Origin: Bellilinea caldifistulae
GTDB lineage: Bacteria > Chloroflexota > Anaerolineae > Anaerolineales > Anaerolineaceae
Length of the DNA: 32,000 nucleotides
Direction: 5' to 3'
NCBI RefSeq assembly: GCF_001306055.1
Contig: NZ_LGHJ01000016.1
Span: 60,001 to 92,000 of the forward strand
Shown here: one piece after another, positions 1 through 9,400 of the stretch
How the letters are laid out: each line of letters starts with the position of its first letter
Position numbering within the stretch: the stretch's first letter is position 1
Notes under the pieces: model-generated
Told to the model about the DNA's origin: nothing
What the model saw: only the letters and a program-made list of their open reading frames with translations
The model's database searches: none
Made by a program: the position numbers and the translations under genes

Positions 1-390
1 CAGAATCAGCACCCGCTGGTATTCGTCCATACCGGCGAGTTGAGCCTTTTGAGGACCGAACCGCGCTCCTTGCGAAATATCATTTCAAATTTACTTTCCA
101 ATGCAGTGAAGTACTCATATCCCGGTAATGAAGTGATGTTAGAACTGACCACCGCTCCAGATCATTTTTGGATCAAAGTACATGACCGAGGGATTGGGGT
201 TCCGGAGAAGGATCGCGAAAATCTTTTTGAGCCGTTTTATCGTGGAGAAAATGTTAATTCTATTCCTGGCACAGGGCTTGGCTTGACCATTGTCAAGCGC
301 TCGGTGGAAGCATTGGGGGGGGAAATTCACTATGAGGAAAAAGCCGAGGGTGGGTCTATATTCATTGTCCGCATTCCGGTAAGAACTTAA
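1..390 (+). CDS. Sensor histidine kinase, C-terminal ATPase domain (5'-partial, continues upstream of window)
   Basis: Frame 1 is open from nt 1 to the TAA at 388-390, so the TTG at 40 in the ORF track is probably internal. The translation has an N-box 'LLSNAVKYS', G1 'HDRGIGV' and G2 'GTGLGLTIV', typical of HATPase_c. Confidence 0.85.
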   Translation, partial: QNQHPLVFVHTGELSLLRTEPRSLRNIISNLLSNAVKYSYPGNEVMLELTTAPDHFWIKVHDRGIGVPEKDRENLFEPFYRGENVNSIPGTGLGLTIVKRSVEALGGEIHYEEKAEGGSIFIVRIPVRT

Positions 391-410
391 TCAGTGGAGA
401 ATTACACGGG

Positions 411-1511
411 ATGAAAAAAATTCTTGTTATCGAAGACGAATCGGATATTCGCGAAAATATCATTGATCTGTTGAGCGAAGAGGGGTATCTGGCGGTTGGC
501 GCCCAAGATGGAGAAGAGGGTATTCACAAAATCTGGCAGGAATTCCCTGATCTGGTTTTGTGCGATATCTTGATGCCGAAGGTGGATGGTTATGGGGTAT
601 TGACGGTGGTCAGCAAGAGCCCATTCACATCTACGATACCGTTTATCTTTTTAACCGCAAAAACGCAGCGAGAAGATTTGAGAAAAGGGATGGTCTTAGG
701 GGCAGACGACTACATCACCAAACCTTTTACCCGATTGGAACTGCTTCAAGCGATCGAAACCCGATTGTTGAAGCACGAACAGTTACGTCTGCAAGCTCAA
801 CAAAAATTAATCGAATTGCGTACCAATATCAGTCTTTCCCTTCCCCATGAATTGTTGACCCCGCTTAGCGTCATTTTGGGATTTTCGGAATTTTTGATCA
901 ATAATTTATCTGCTGAACCAGCCAATTTGCAAACCCTGGAAATTGTCAGTGATATTCATAATGCTGCCAAACGGTTGCTGCATTCCCTCCAAAAGTATTT
1001 ATTTTATGCAGAATTGGAGGTCATTTTGTCGGATGCAGAGAAAATCACCAGAGCAAGGCACTCCCGCTTTCAGATTAACCGATCAGAGGTTCTGGCAGCC
1101 ATTGCCGCAATTCCAGAAAGCGAAGAACGTCGTGAGGATTTTCGGATTGAGGTTGGCGAGGCTCTGGTTTGTATTTCTGAAAACTATTTCCATAAGTTAA
1201 TGGAAGAGCTGCTGGAAAATGCGATCAGATTTTCACCAGTTGGAAGTGTAATCAGTGTGCGTGGGGAAGTGCTTCGTGAGAAAGGCCTTTATAGAATTCA
1301 AATCATTGACCACGGGAGAGGGATGACTCCCGAACAAATAGCGGGGTTAGGCGGTTTTGTCCAAAAAGAAAGAAGGCTATATCCCTCTCAGCAAAGCGGT
1401 TTGGGACTTGAAGTTGTTAATCGAATATTGGATATTGTTCAAGGCTCCTTGAGCATTCAGAGTCAACCGGGCAGCTGGACGACAGTAGAGATCTTTTTAC
1501 GCTTGGGTTGA
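411..1511 (+). CDS. Hybrid histidine kinase with N-terminal receiver domain (REC-HisKA-HATPase), no DNA-binding output
   Basis: Receiver motifs 'KILVIEDE', 'LVLCDILMPKVDG', 'FLTAK' and 'DDYITKPF'. H-box 'LPHELLTPLSVILGF'. ATPase N-box 'LENAIRFS', G1 'IDHGRGM' and G2 'SGLGLEVV'. Lies 20 nt after the preceding kinase on the same strand. Confidence 0.85.
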   Translation: MKKILVIEDESDIRENIIDLLSEEGYLAVGAQDGEEGIHKIWQEFPDLVLCDILMPKVDGYGVLTVVSKSPFTSTIPFIFLTAKTQREDLRKGMVLGADDYITKPFTRLELLQAIETRLLKHEQLRLQAQQKLIELRTNISLSLPHELLTPLSVILGFSEFLINNLSAEPANLQTLEIVSDIHNAAKRLLHSLQKYLFYAELEVILSDAEKITRARHSRFQINRSEVLAAIAAIPESEERREDFRIEVGEALVCISENYFHKLMEELLENAIRFSPVGSVISVRGEVLREKGLYRIQIIDHGRGMTPEQIAGLGGFVQKERRLYPSQQSGLGLEVVNRILDIVQGSLSIQSQPGSWTTVEIFLRLG

Positions 1512-1529
1512 AAAAGGGAGGACATGATC

Positions 1530-2870
1530 ATGTGTGACACCATGGTAGTTTTAGGAAATGCAACGGCGGATGGTTCGGTTTTGTTCGCCAAAAATTCCGA
1601 CCGTGAGCCGAACGAAGCACATGAGGTCATCCTGATCCCGGCAGCAGAACACCCCGCTGGTTCGAGAGTGAAGTGCACTTACATTGAAATTCCTCAGGTG
1701 AGTCACACCTACGCGGTGTTGTTAGCCAGGCCATTTTGGATATGGGGAGCTGAAATGGGGACAAATCAGCATGGAGTGGTTATTGGCAATGAAGCCGTAT
1801 TTACCCGGGTTCCTCATCCAAAAGAAAATGGATTGATCGGGATGGACTTTATCCGTCTGGCTCTGGAACGCAGCCGCACTGCGGAGGAGGCTTTATACTG
1901 TATCATCAGTTTATTAGAGGAATATGGCCAGGGTGGGAATTGTGGCTTTCGCCATCGAATGGTGTACCACAACAGTTTTATCCTGGCGGATGCCAGAGAG
2001 GCGTGGGTGTTAGAAACTGCTGGCAAGTTTTGGGCAGCAGAAAAAGTAAAAGACATCCGTTCTATCTCCAATGCTTTGACAATTGGTGAAACGTGGGATT
2101 TAGCCTCGTCAGGCCTCGTTGAATATGCAATCAAGCAGGGATGGTGTCAATCGAAATCTGATTTTAACTTTGCCCGCTGCTATTCTGATGTAATCTACAC
2201 CCGATTTAGTGATGCAAGGCGGCGTCAAAAATGCAGCACTGATCTGCTTTCCATTCATCGTGGGAAGGTCACCGAAAAAACGATGTTCAATGTGCTGCGT
2301 TCTCATGCTGGCATTGGGGAGGAGGAACGACGAATTGACCGGGGATTGACCGGTTCTGAGGTATGTATGCACGCCGGATTTGGGCCGATAAGGGGCAGTC
2401 AATCGGTTGGATCCATGGTCAGCCGTCTGACACCGAATGGGGCAACCCATTGGATGACAGGCACGTCCGCGCCTTGCCTGAGTGTGTTTAAACCAGTCTG
2501 GATAGATAGCGGCCTGCCGGAAGATTTGATTGGACATCCGCGGGGAACATTTGATCCCACTACCTTGTTCTGGAAGCATGAAATTCTTCACCGTACCGTA
2601 TTGAAAAATTATCCTGAAAGAAGTCGTCTGTTTTTGGTTGAACGGAATCAAATGGAGGATGAATTTCTCCATCAGGAATCAGAAAAACGTTCTCGAAGCG
2701 AGATAGAGCGGCGGACGTTTACTCAAGAATGTTTTCGCAGGGCGCAAATAGCCGAGCAAGGCTGGTTGGAGGATGTTATAAAAGTACCAGAAAGAAGGCT
2801 GGATTTCTTTTACGATCTGGCATGGAGGCAATTTAACCGTGAAGCGGGGTTAGGCTCACTCGTCCGTTAA
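1530..2870 (+). CDS. Secernin-like peptidase C69 family Ntn-hydrolase (N-terminal Cys nucleophile), cytoplasmic
   Basis: Begins 'M-CDTMVVLGNATADGSVLFAKNSDREPNEAHEV', then 'CTYIEIPQV.HTYAVLLARPFWIWGAEMGTNQHGVVIGNEA', 'LLEEYGQGGN' and 'EAWVLETAGKFWAAEKV'. From memory these blocks closely parallel eukaryotic secernins (MEROPS C69). The SD GGGAGGA (1516-1522) sits 8 nt before the ATG at 1530 and only 2 nt before the ATG at 1524, so I prefer 1530, which puts Cys directly after the initiator Met. No signal peptide. Confidence 0.8.
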   Translation: MCDTMVVLGNATADGSVLFAKNSDREPNEAHEVILIPAAEHPAGSRVKCTYIEIPQVSHTYAVLLARPFWIWGAEMGTNQHGVVIGNEAVFTRVPHPKENGLIGMDFIRLALERSRTAEEALYCIISLLEEYGQGGNCGFRHRMVYHNSFILADAREAWVLETAGKFWAAEKVKDIRSISNALTIGETWDLASSGLVEYAIKQGWCQSKSDFNFARCYSDVIYTRFSDARRRQKCSTDLLSIHRGKVTEKTMFNVLRSHAGIGEEERRIDRGLTGSEVCMHAGFGPIRGSQSVGSMVSRLTPNGATHWMTGTSAPCLSVFKPVWIDSGLPEDLIGHPRGTFDPTTLFWKHEILHRTVLKNYPERSRLFLVERNQMEDEFLHQESEKRSRSEIERRTFTQECFRRAQIAEQGWLEDVIKVPERRLDFFYDLAWRQFNREAGLGSLVR

Positions 2871-2896
2871 ATCCGAAACATCATCCTGCGGAGCAA

Positions 2897-2905
2897 TGCT
2901 ATAAT
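2897..2905 (+). promoter_or_regulatory. Possible extended -10 element (TGcTATAAT) ahead of the large sensor kinase
   Basis: The same TGCTATAAT nonamer as upstream of rpoC, 18 nt before the ATG at 2923. No convincing -35. Confidence 0.3.
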
Positions 2906-2922
2906 CTTAACCACTGGTTGAG

Positions 2923-5900
2923 ATGAATCTATTCAATATTCAACTATTTCAAAATCCTTTCTTTTACCTGCCATTTCACTCATCGGGTTGGGTGGGATGG
3001 CTGGCTATGCTGGCATTGGTGTTATTGGGGGGAGGCAGGATTTGGCGTATATCCGATTTTCGTCGCCCGGTTAAGTGGAATGTTTTCCTTGTTGCGCTGC
3101 TGCTTGTACCGCTGGCAATTCTGCTCCTTGAACTTCAGTTGTCTATCTTGCAGAGTGGCGCTGTACCAAACCTCCCGCTAGAAGTGAACCGGACGGGGGT
3201 GCTGGTTTTTGTGGCGTTCCCCATTTTTTTTGCGGCGGGTTTGGCTGGTTTGCTTCCCTCGCTGTTGACCGGTCTTTTCACCGGCTTATTCCTTGGGCTG
3301 TTTGCAACCCACGATTTGTTCTCCATTGTTGAGTGGGGGTTTTTAGGTTTATTCATCGGCATTGCACTTTCCCAAAGCTACCGCACTGCCTTTTATAAAA
3401 TGTTACGCCACCCTTTGGGCGGGGCGGTTATTGTTTGGATTGCCTACCTGCCAATATTTCTGTTCGTCTCATTTTTTGCCATTCCCGGTAATCTGGCTGA
3501 AAGGCTGGATTTTGCTCTTGCACAGAACTGGCCGCAATACATTGTGCGTGGAATTGAATTGGGATTTGGCGGTTTGTTTTTTGAGCTGATTTATTTATTT
3601 CTGCCGGCATTGTGGAAAAAACCGCAGCAATTGCTTCCTTCTCCCAATGAGACCAGCCTGCAAAGCCGATTTTTGTTGTTTACCGTGCCCCTGGCAGTAT
3701 TGTTGTTCGTTATATTGATTCTGGCAGACTGGTGGGTAGCCGGGCAGGCTGCCCGGCAGATGATGGAATCGCGTTTGCAGGGATTAACCCGGGTTGCTTC
3801 TCAATCACTCCCCTATTTTTTAGAAAGTGGACAAAGTTTGATCATTGATTTTGCAAAGCCCGATTTAGTCCAAAAATCAAATTCAGAAGTACAACTGCTT
3901 TTGATGGAAGATATTCGGGCTGTGCCCTATTTTCGCCAACTGGTGGTATTCGACAAGGGTGGCCAACCATTGAATGCTTATCCCGCAGAAGGCAGCATGG
4001 ACTTAAGACTTTCGCCGGATGAGGAAGTGGGGATTGCCCTGGCGTTGAACGGGGTTATTGTTCAGGTTTATCCAATCCCACCCTATCCGGGTGAAAAATC
4101 GGCACAGGTCGCATTTATCGCATCGATCAAGGATGAAACGGGAATTATTCAAGGTACAATTCTCGGCAGAACTGATTTTGAGAGTAACCCATTTACCCAG
4201 CCCGCCCTCAGTGCTCTGGAAGGGGTGCTGGAAAACGGCGGTGAGGGTTTCATTCTAGATGAACAGGGAAACATTCTTTACCAGACATCGAATGCTACAC
4301 CCCTTACAGCAGCCGATCAATTTCTCGGGAATCTACAGGTCGGTGCAGGATTGTACGAAGATACCTCTCCAACCGGTACACGCCTGCTGGTGCTGGCCGA
4401 GCAAGTCACCGGACGTCCCTGGCAGGTGGTGGCGCGGGTGCCCGCCAGTGTTGCTCAGCAAATTGCTTTGAATATTGCCATCCCGACTCTGGTTATCCTG
4501 CTCATCTTGTTTGGGACTGGTTCGGCATTAATGTTCGGGATAGTCCGCGTTGTGACTCGTAATTTGCTCAAACTCACTGATCAGGCAGTTCACATTTCCC
4601 TTGGCGAGCTGGATCATGCCATTGAGAGCAAGGGTAACGATGAAATTGGGCGGCTGGCTAAAGCCTTTGAAACTATGCGCATCAGCCTCAAAAAGAGGCT
4701 TGAAGAATTAAATCAACTGCTGGTGGTCAGTCAAGGAGTGGCTGCCAATCTGGAAATTTCTGAGGCAATTCAGCCGATTCTCAAAGCGGCGCTGGATGAA
4801 GATTGTGTCTCTGCTCGAGTTGTCCTGATTCAAGAAGTGCAACTGGATCTTGAAGGGGATCAACTGGTCAGTTGGGGGGTGGGGAAACAACCGGACTTGT
4901 ACCACCATCTGGATGGTCAAATTTTCGAACAAATGCGCTCGCATCATCTGCTCTCCATTCCAAACACCAGCCGGGTGCGCCGAATCAGCGCGGTCGGTGG
5001 TCAACCGCACCCTGCTGCGTTGATTGCCTTCGGTCTGTTTTTTGAAACGACATATTATGGGGCTTTGTGGCTGGCGTATGATAAACCGAAAAACTTCAGC
5101 GAAGATGAAGTACGGTTTCTGAATACCCTGGCCAGTGAAGCAGCCTTAGCGGCGGCAAATTCCCGCTTATACGCATCAGCTGAAATTGGCAGGCGGCGTT
5201 TGGAGGCGGTACTGACTTCGGTGCCTGAGCCGGTGTTGGTGTTTGATGAAAAGGATCGGTTATTGCTGCTCAATCCGGCTGCCATCCATGTTCCGGGTCT
5301 AATTTCGGCAGCCTTACCGGGTCGGCCGCTTCAGGATGTGGTGAGCTCGGAAAATCTGATCAGGTTGATCAGCGGTTCGTTGGAAGATCGAATCGCCTCC
5401 CGAGAAATTCAGTTATCGAATGGAAAAGTATTTTACGCCAGTGTCGCTCCGGTGATGGGTGAGGATTATCAGGTAGGAAAAGTTTGTGTGCTGCGGGACA
5501 TCACTCATTATAAAGAATTGGATGCTCTTAAGTCGGAAATTGTGGCAACCGTCAGTCACGATTTACGCACACCCCTGACATTGTTGCGTGGTTATAGCAC
5601 CATGCTGAATATGATCGGTGAGTTGAATGAACAGCAGCAAATTTATGTTAACAAAATTGTATCCACGGTTGAGGACATGACTCATCTGGTGAATAATTTG
5701 CTGGATCTGAGTCGGATTGAATCGGGAATACCCCTCAAGTTGGAGGAGGTGGATCCGATGATCGTTGTGGAAAAAATTATCCGTCAATATCAACCACATG
5801 CCTCCCAAAAGAACATTCAGTTAACCTTTGAAGGGCCGCAAGACGGAAGACGGTTGATGATCAAAGCTGATCTGGCATTATTGCAACAAGCCTTGATTAA

Positions 5901-6264
5901 TCTGGTAGATAATGCTATAAAATACACACGTAACGACGGTCAGGTCATGGTACGGGTACGCCCGGGCAATGAACGATTAACATTTGAAGTCCATGATAAC
6001 GGAATCGGGATTGCACCGTTAGATTTACCTCGCTTGTTCGAGAAATTTTATCGAAGCGGGCGACGGGAAGCCTACGAGAAACGAGGTTCTGGGCTGGGAT
6101 TGGCGATTGTAAAGTCCATTGCCGAGCGGCACCACGGACGGGTGTGGGTAGATAGTCAGCTGGGTAAGGGAAGTATCTTTTATATGGAATTGCCAGTGGA
6201 TCAACCACTGACGATAACTGAGGAAGCGGTACGAAATGGGGGTGTTGCAAACCTTAAAAAATGA
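2923..6264 (+). CDS. Large multi-pass membrane sensor histidine kinase (polytopic N-terminus, extracytoplasmic domain, HAMP, GAF-like, PAS, HisKA, HATPase)
   Basis: About 8 hydrophobic helices in the first ~290 aa and another TM around 'IAIPTLVILLILFGTGSALMFGI'. HAMP 'DEIGRLAKAFETMRISL'. PAS-like 'LEAVLTSVPEPVLVFDEKDRLLLLNPAA'. H-box 'VATVSHDLRTPLTLLRGY'. N-box 'LVDNAIKYT', G1 'HDNGIGI' and G2 'GSGLGLAIV'. Confidence 0.9.
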   Translation: MNLFNIQLFQNPFFYLPFHSSGWVGWLAMLALVLLGGGRIWRISDFRRPVKWNVFLVALLLVPLAILLLELQLSILQSGAVPNLPLEVNRTGVLVFVAFPIFFAAGLAGLLPSLLTGLFTGLFLGLFATHDLFSIVEWGFLGLFIGIALSQSYRTAFYKMLRHPLGGAVIVWIAYLPIFLFVSFFAIPGNLAERLDFALAQNWPQYIVRGIELGFGGLFFELIYLFLPALWKKPQQLLPSPNETSLQSRFLLFTVPLAVLLFVILILADWWVAGQAARQMMESRLQGLTRVASQSLPYFLESGQSLIIDFAKPDLVQKSNSEVQLLLMEDIRAVPYFRQLVVFDKGGQPLNAYPAEGSMDLRLSPDEEVGIALALNGVIVQVYPIPPYPGEKSAQVAFIASIKDETGIIQGTILGRTDFESNPFTQPALSALEGVLENGGEGFILDEQGNILYQTSNATPLTAADQFLGNLQVGAGLYEDTSPTGTRLLVLAEQVTGRPWQVVARVPASVAQQIALNIAIPTLVILLILFGTGSALMFGIVRVVTRNLLKLTDQAVHISLGELDHAIESKGNDEIGRLAKAFETMRISLKKRLEELNQLLVVSQGVAANLEISEAIQPILKAALDEDCVSARVVLIQEVQLDLEGDQLVSWGVGKQPDLYHHLDGQIFEQMRSHHLLSIPNTSRVRRISAVGGQPHPAALIAFGLFFETTYYGALWLAYDKPKNFSEDEVRFLNTLASEAALAAANSRLYASAEIGRRRLEAVLTSVPEPVLVFDEKDRLLLLNPAAIHVPGLISAALPGRPLQDVVSSENLIRLISGSLEDRIASREIQLSNGKVFYASVAPVMGEDYQVGKVCVLRDITHYKELDALKSEIVATVSHDLRTPLTLLRGYSTMLNMIGELNEQQQIYVNKIVSTVEDMTHLVNNLLDLSRIESGIPLKLEEVDPMIVVEKIIRQYQPHASQKNIQLTFEGPQDGRRLMIKADLALLQQALINLVDNAIKYTRNDGQVMVRVRPGNERLTFEVHDNGIGIAPLDLPRLFEKFYRSGRREAYEKRGSGLGLAIVKSIAERHHGRVWVDSQLGKGSIFYMELPVDQPLTITEEAVRNGGVANLKK

Positions 6265-6285
6265 AAATTGATCTGTAAATTACAC

Positions 6286-6312
6286 TTGAAATTTGATAGA
6301 TTGTGCTATAAT
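6286..6312 (+). promoter_or_regulatory. Putative sigma-70-type promoter of rpoC (extended -10)
   Basis: TTGAAA (6286-6291), a 15-nt spacer, then TGcTATAAT (6304-6312). This would give a ~113-nt untranslated leader before the GTG at 6432. Confidence 0.5.
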
Positions 6313-6431
6313 TATCATTTGCATGCATGCATTCGATTTGATGATCTCATAAGCTCAACGCAAGGGAAGGACTCTCGTGCGTTTCTATTTGTTTAAATTG
6401 TGTGGTTTGAAATAAAAGAGGAGGCACGTTC

Positions 6432-9400
6432 GTGGAAACGAAAAGCTTAGTTGCACTGCGCATCAGCCTTGCGTCCCCAGATACTATTCGCAGCTGGTCG
6501 TACGGGGAAGTACTGAAACCTGAAACCATCAACTACCGCCGGTTGCGGCCCGAAAAAGATGGTCTCTTTTGCGAAGCCATTTTTGGGCCGACCCGGGACT
6601 ATCAATGTTATTGCGGAAAGTACAAAAATCCACGCTACAAAGGAATTGTCTGTGATAAATGCGGTGTGGAAGTCACGCGTGCCTCGGTTCGGCGTGAGCG
6701 GATGGGGCACATTGAGCTGGCTACACCTGTGGCACATATCTGGTATACCCGCCGTGTTCCCTCATACCTGGGTCTGCTGCTGGATATTTCACGCCGTAAC
6801 CTCGACCGGGTGCTTTATTTTGCTCAGTACATCGTGACCTATGTGGATGAAGACGCCCGTAACAAGGCCCTAAAACGTCTGGAAGATGAAATCAGCGTGT
6901 CGGAACGGGAGCAGGCGGCCGAAATTAACGCGCGGATTCTGGAAGTCAAGCAGGCGCGTGACCGTAAAATTGCCGAGCTGAATCAACGCCGGCAGGATAT
7001 GGAAGCCCGCCGTGACGAACTGATTGCCCAGCGCCTGGAGCCGGTCATTCAAGAAGGTCAGTCACTGGAGCGCCAGTTGCAGGATAAGATTGGAAGCGCT
7101 ACCCGCACGGCAATTGTATTTTCGGCGACCAATACCGAAATCGTCGGCGCAGGCGAGACAGTTTCGGCTCAACATATCGGCAGGGTTCAGCGAGTAGTTA
7201 AGGAACGTCTGGACGAACTGGAAAATGAATTCCGGGATCAGTTTCAGCGCGATCTGGAACAGATCAAAATGCAGATCGAGGAAGTCCGTGCGCAGGCCGA
7301 AACAGAAATGGAAGCCTTGCGCAATCAATTGGAAGATCAATCCAACGTTTCTCAAAATGCCAATTCCCGCCTGCGGGATGAACTGCAGGAGCTGCGGCCT
7401 TTTACTTTCCTGACCGAAACCCGTTATCGCGAATTGAAATCGCGCTGGGGTCAGGTTTTCCGAGCGGACATGGGAGCCGAGGCCTTCTATGATGTGTTGC
7501 GCCGGCTCGATCTGGATAAACTTTCGGAAGAGTTGTGGCATGAAGTACGCACCTCCAAGAGCAAGCAAAAACGTAAAAAAGCAACTACCCGGCTCAAGGT
7601 GGTAGAGGCCTTTCGCCGTTCTCAAAATCGTCCCGAATGGATGATTCTCACGGTTTTACCCGTGATTCCGCCGGACTTGCGCCCTATGGTTCAGCTGGAT
7701 GGTGGGCGTTTTGCGACTTCGGATTTGAACGATCTTTATCGGCGGGTGATCAACCGTAACAACCGTTTGAAACGCCTGCTCGAACTTGGCGCACCGGATG
7801 TGATTGTGCGCAATGAGAAGCGCATGCTTCAAGAAGCGGTGGATTCGCTGATTGATAATTCTCAACGCGGCAAGGCTCTTTCGCGCAGAGGCCGGCGAGA
7901 ATTGAAGTCATTGAGCGATATGCTCAAAGGCAAGAAGGGCCGCTTCCGCCGCAATCTGCTGGGTAAACGGGTGGACTACTCCGGTCGTTCGGTCATTGTA
8001 GTCGGCCCGACTCTCAAACTGTACCAGTGCGGCCTGCCCAAGACGATGGCTTTGGAATTGTTCCGGCCTTTTGTGATTGCACGCCTGGTAGCGCATGGGT
8101 ATGCTGCCAACGTGAAAGGCGCCCGTCGGTTCATCGAACGCAACCGGCCTGAAGTTTGGGAAGTTCTTGAAGAGGTGATTAAAGACCGGCCAGTATTGTT
8201 GAATCGTGCGCCAACGCTCCACCGCCTGGGTATTCAAGCCTTTGAGCCAATTCTGATCGAAGGCAGCGCCATTCAATTACATCCGCTGGTGACTACCGCC
8301 TTCAATGCTGACTTCGACGGTGATCAAATGGCGGTGCACGTTCCGCTTTCCGAAAAAGCGGTGCGCGAAGCCCGTGAATTGATGCTTTCTTCGCGCAATC
8401 TGCTCAAACCAGCGGATGGCGAGCCGATTATCAGTCCGTCTAAAGATATGGTGCTGGGTGTGTACTATCTGACCATGATAGATGATAAAGAACACCCAGG
8501 AAATGGACGCTACTTTAGCGATTTGGATGAGGTTGAACTGGCCTACCAGCTCGACCAGGTAGATGTTCACACCCGGATTAAGCTGGTCGTGGATACCTGG
8601 TATGATGATCAGAATAATCGTTTGCCGGAACCCCGACGGGCGATGATCGAAACCACGGTGGGACGAGCCTTATTCAACCGCATTTTGCCGGAAAAGGTGC
8701 AGTTTGTTAACGAAACGCTGGATAAGGGCGGTGTAAAAGACCTGATTGCCGATGTATATGAATTTTGCGGCGAGGATGTCACAACCGACGTTGCAGATCG
8801 GATCAAAGACATCGGGTTTGAGTATGCCATGCGTTCTGGTGCGACCATTTCGGTTGATGACATCACCATGCCGGCGGATAAGAAAGAAATTTTGGAACGC
8901 GCCCAACAAAAAATCGAAAATGTTCAGCGGTCTTACCGGCGTGGTTTGTTGACCGAGCAGGAGCGCAACGAACGAGAAATTGAAATCTGGCAGCAAACCA
9001 CCAAGGAAGTGGCAGATGCTGTGCGGCGTGCCATGAATCCGACCGGTAACCTGGCAACAATGGCGAATTCGGGTGCAACCAAAGGCGGTTTTGGCCCAAT
9101 TTCTCAGCTGGCGGGAATGCGCGGTTTAATGGCTGACCCGGCCGGCCGTATCATCCGCCTCCCGATTCAGTCCAATTTCCGCGAAGGTCTGACTGCGCTG
9201 GAGTACTTCATTTCAACCCATGGTGCGCGAAAAGGTTTGGCAGATACGGCGCTGCGTACAGCCGATGCGGGTTACCTGACCCGCCGCCTGGTTGATGTGG
9301 CGCAGGACATGATTGTCAACGAGGTGGATTGCGGTACTCAGGAAGGCATCTGGATCCGCAAGGCGGATGATGTGGCAGGCCAACCCATGAGTGCACGCTT

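Noticed and set aside
411-1511. Treating the REC-containing protein as the DNA-binding response regulator of the neighbouring kinases
   Set aside because: The receiver is followed by a complete H-box and ATPase domain, and no HTH or winged-helix segment is present.
1524-1529. ATG at 1524 as the start of the C69/secernin-like gene
   Set aside because: It lies only 2 nt from the SD core. The ATG at 1530 is 8 nt away and places the nucleophilic Cys at position 2, as required for an Ntn-hydrolase matured by Met removal.
6321-6332. Alternating GCATGCATGCAT tract in the rpoC leader (overlapping palindromes, Z-DNA-like purine/pyrimidine alternation)
   Set aside because: It is only 12 nt long with no partner repeat or flanking structure that I could find. 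That is too short to support any claim.
7062-7625. 187-aa antisense ORF inside rpoC, and similar long antisense or alternate-frame ORFs at 2109-2672, 14128-14565, 20874-21320, 29356-29808, 7908-8276 and 9942-10316
   Set aside because: Each lies wholly within a gene whose sense frame carries unmistakable conserved motifs. They have no SD sites and their translations are low-complexity, with no recognisable domain. These are shadow ORFs, expected from the codon bias of the sense strand.
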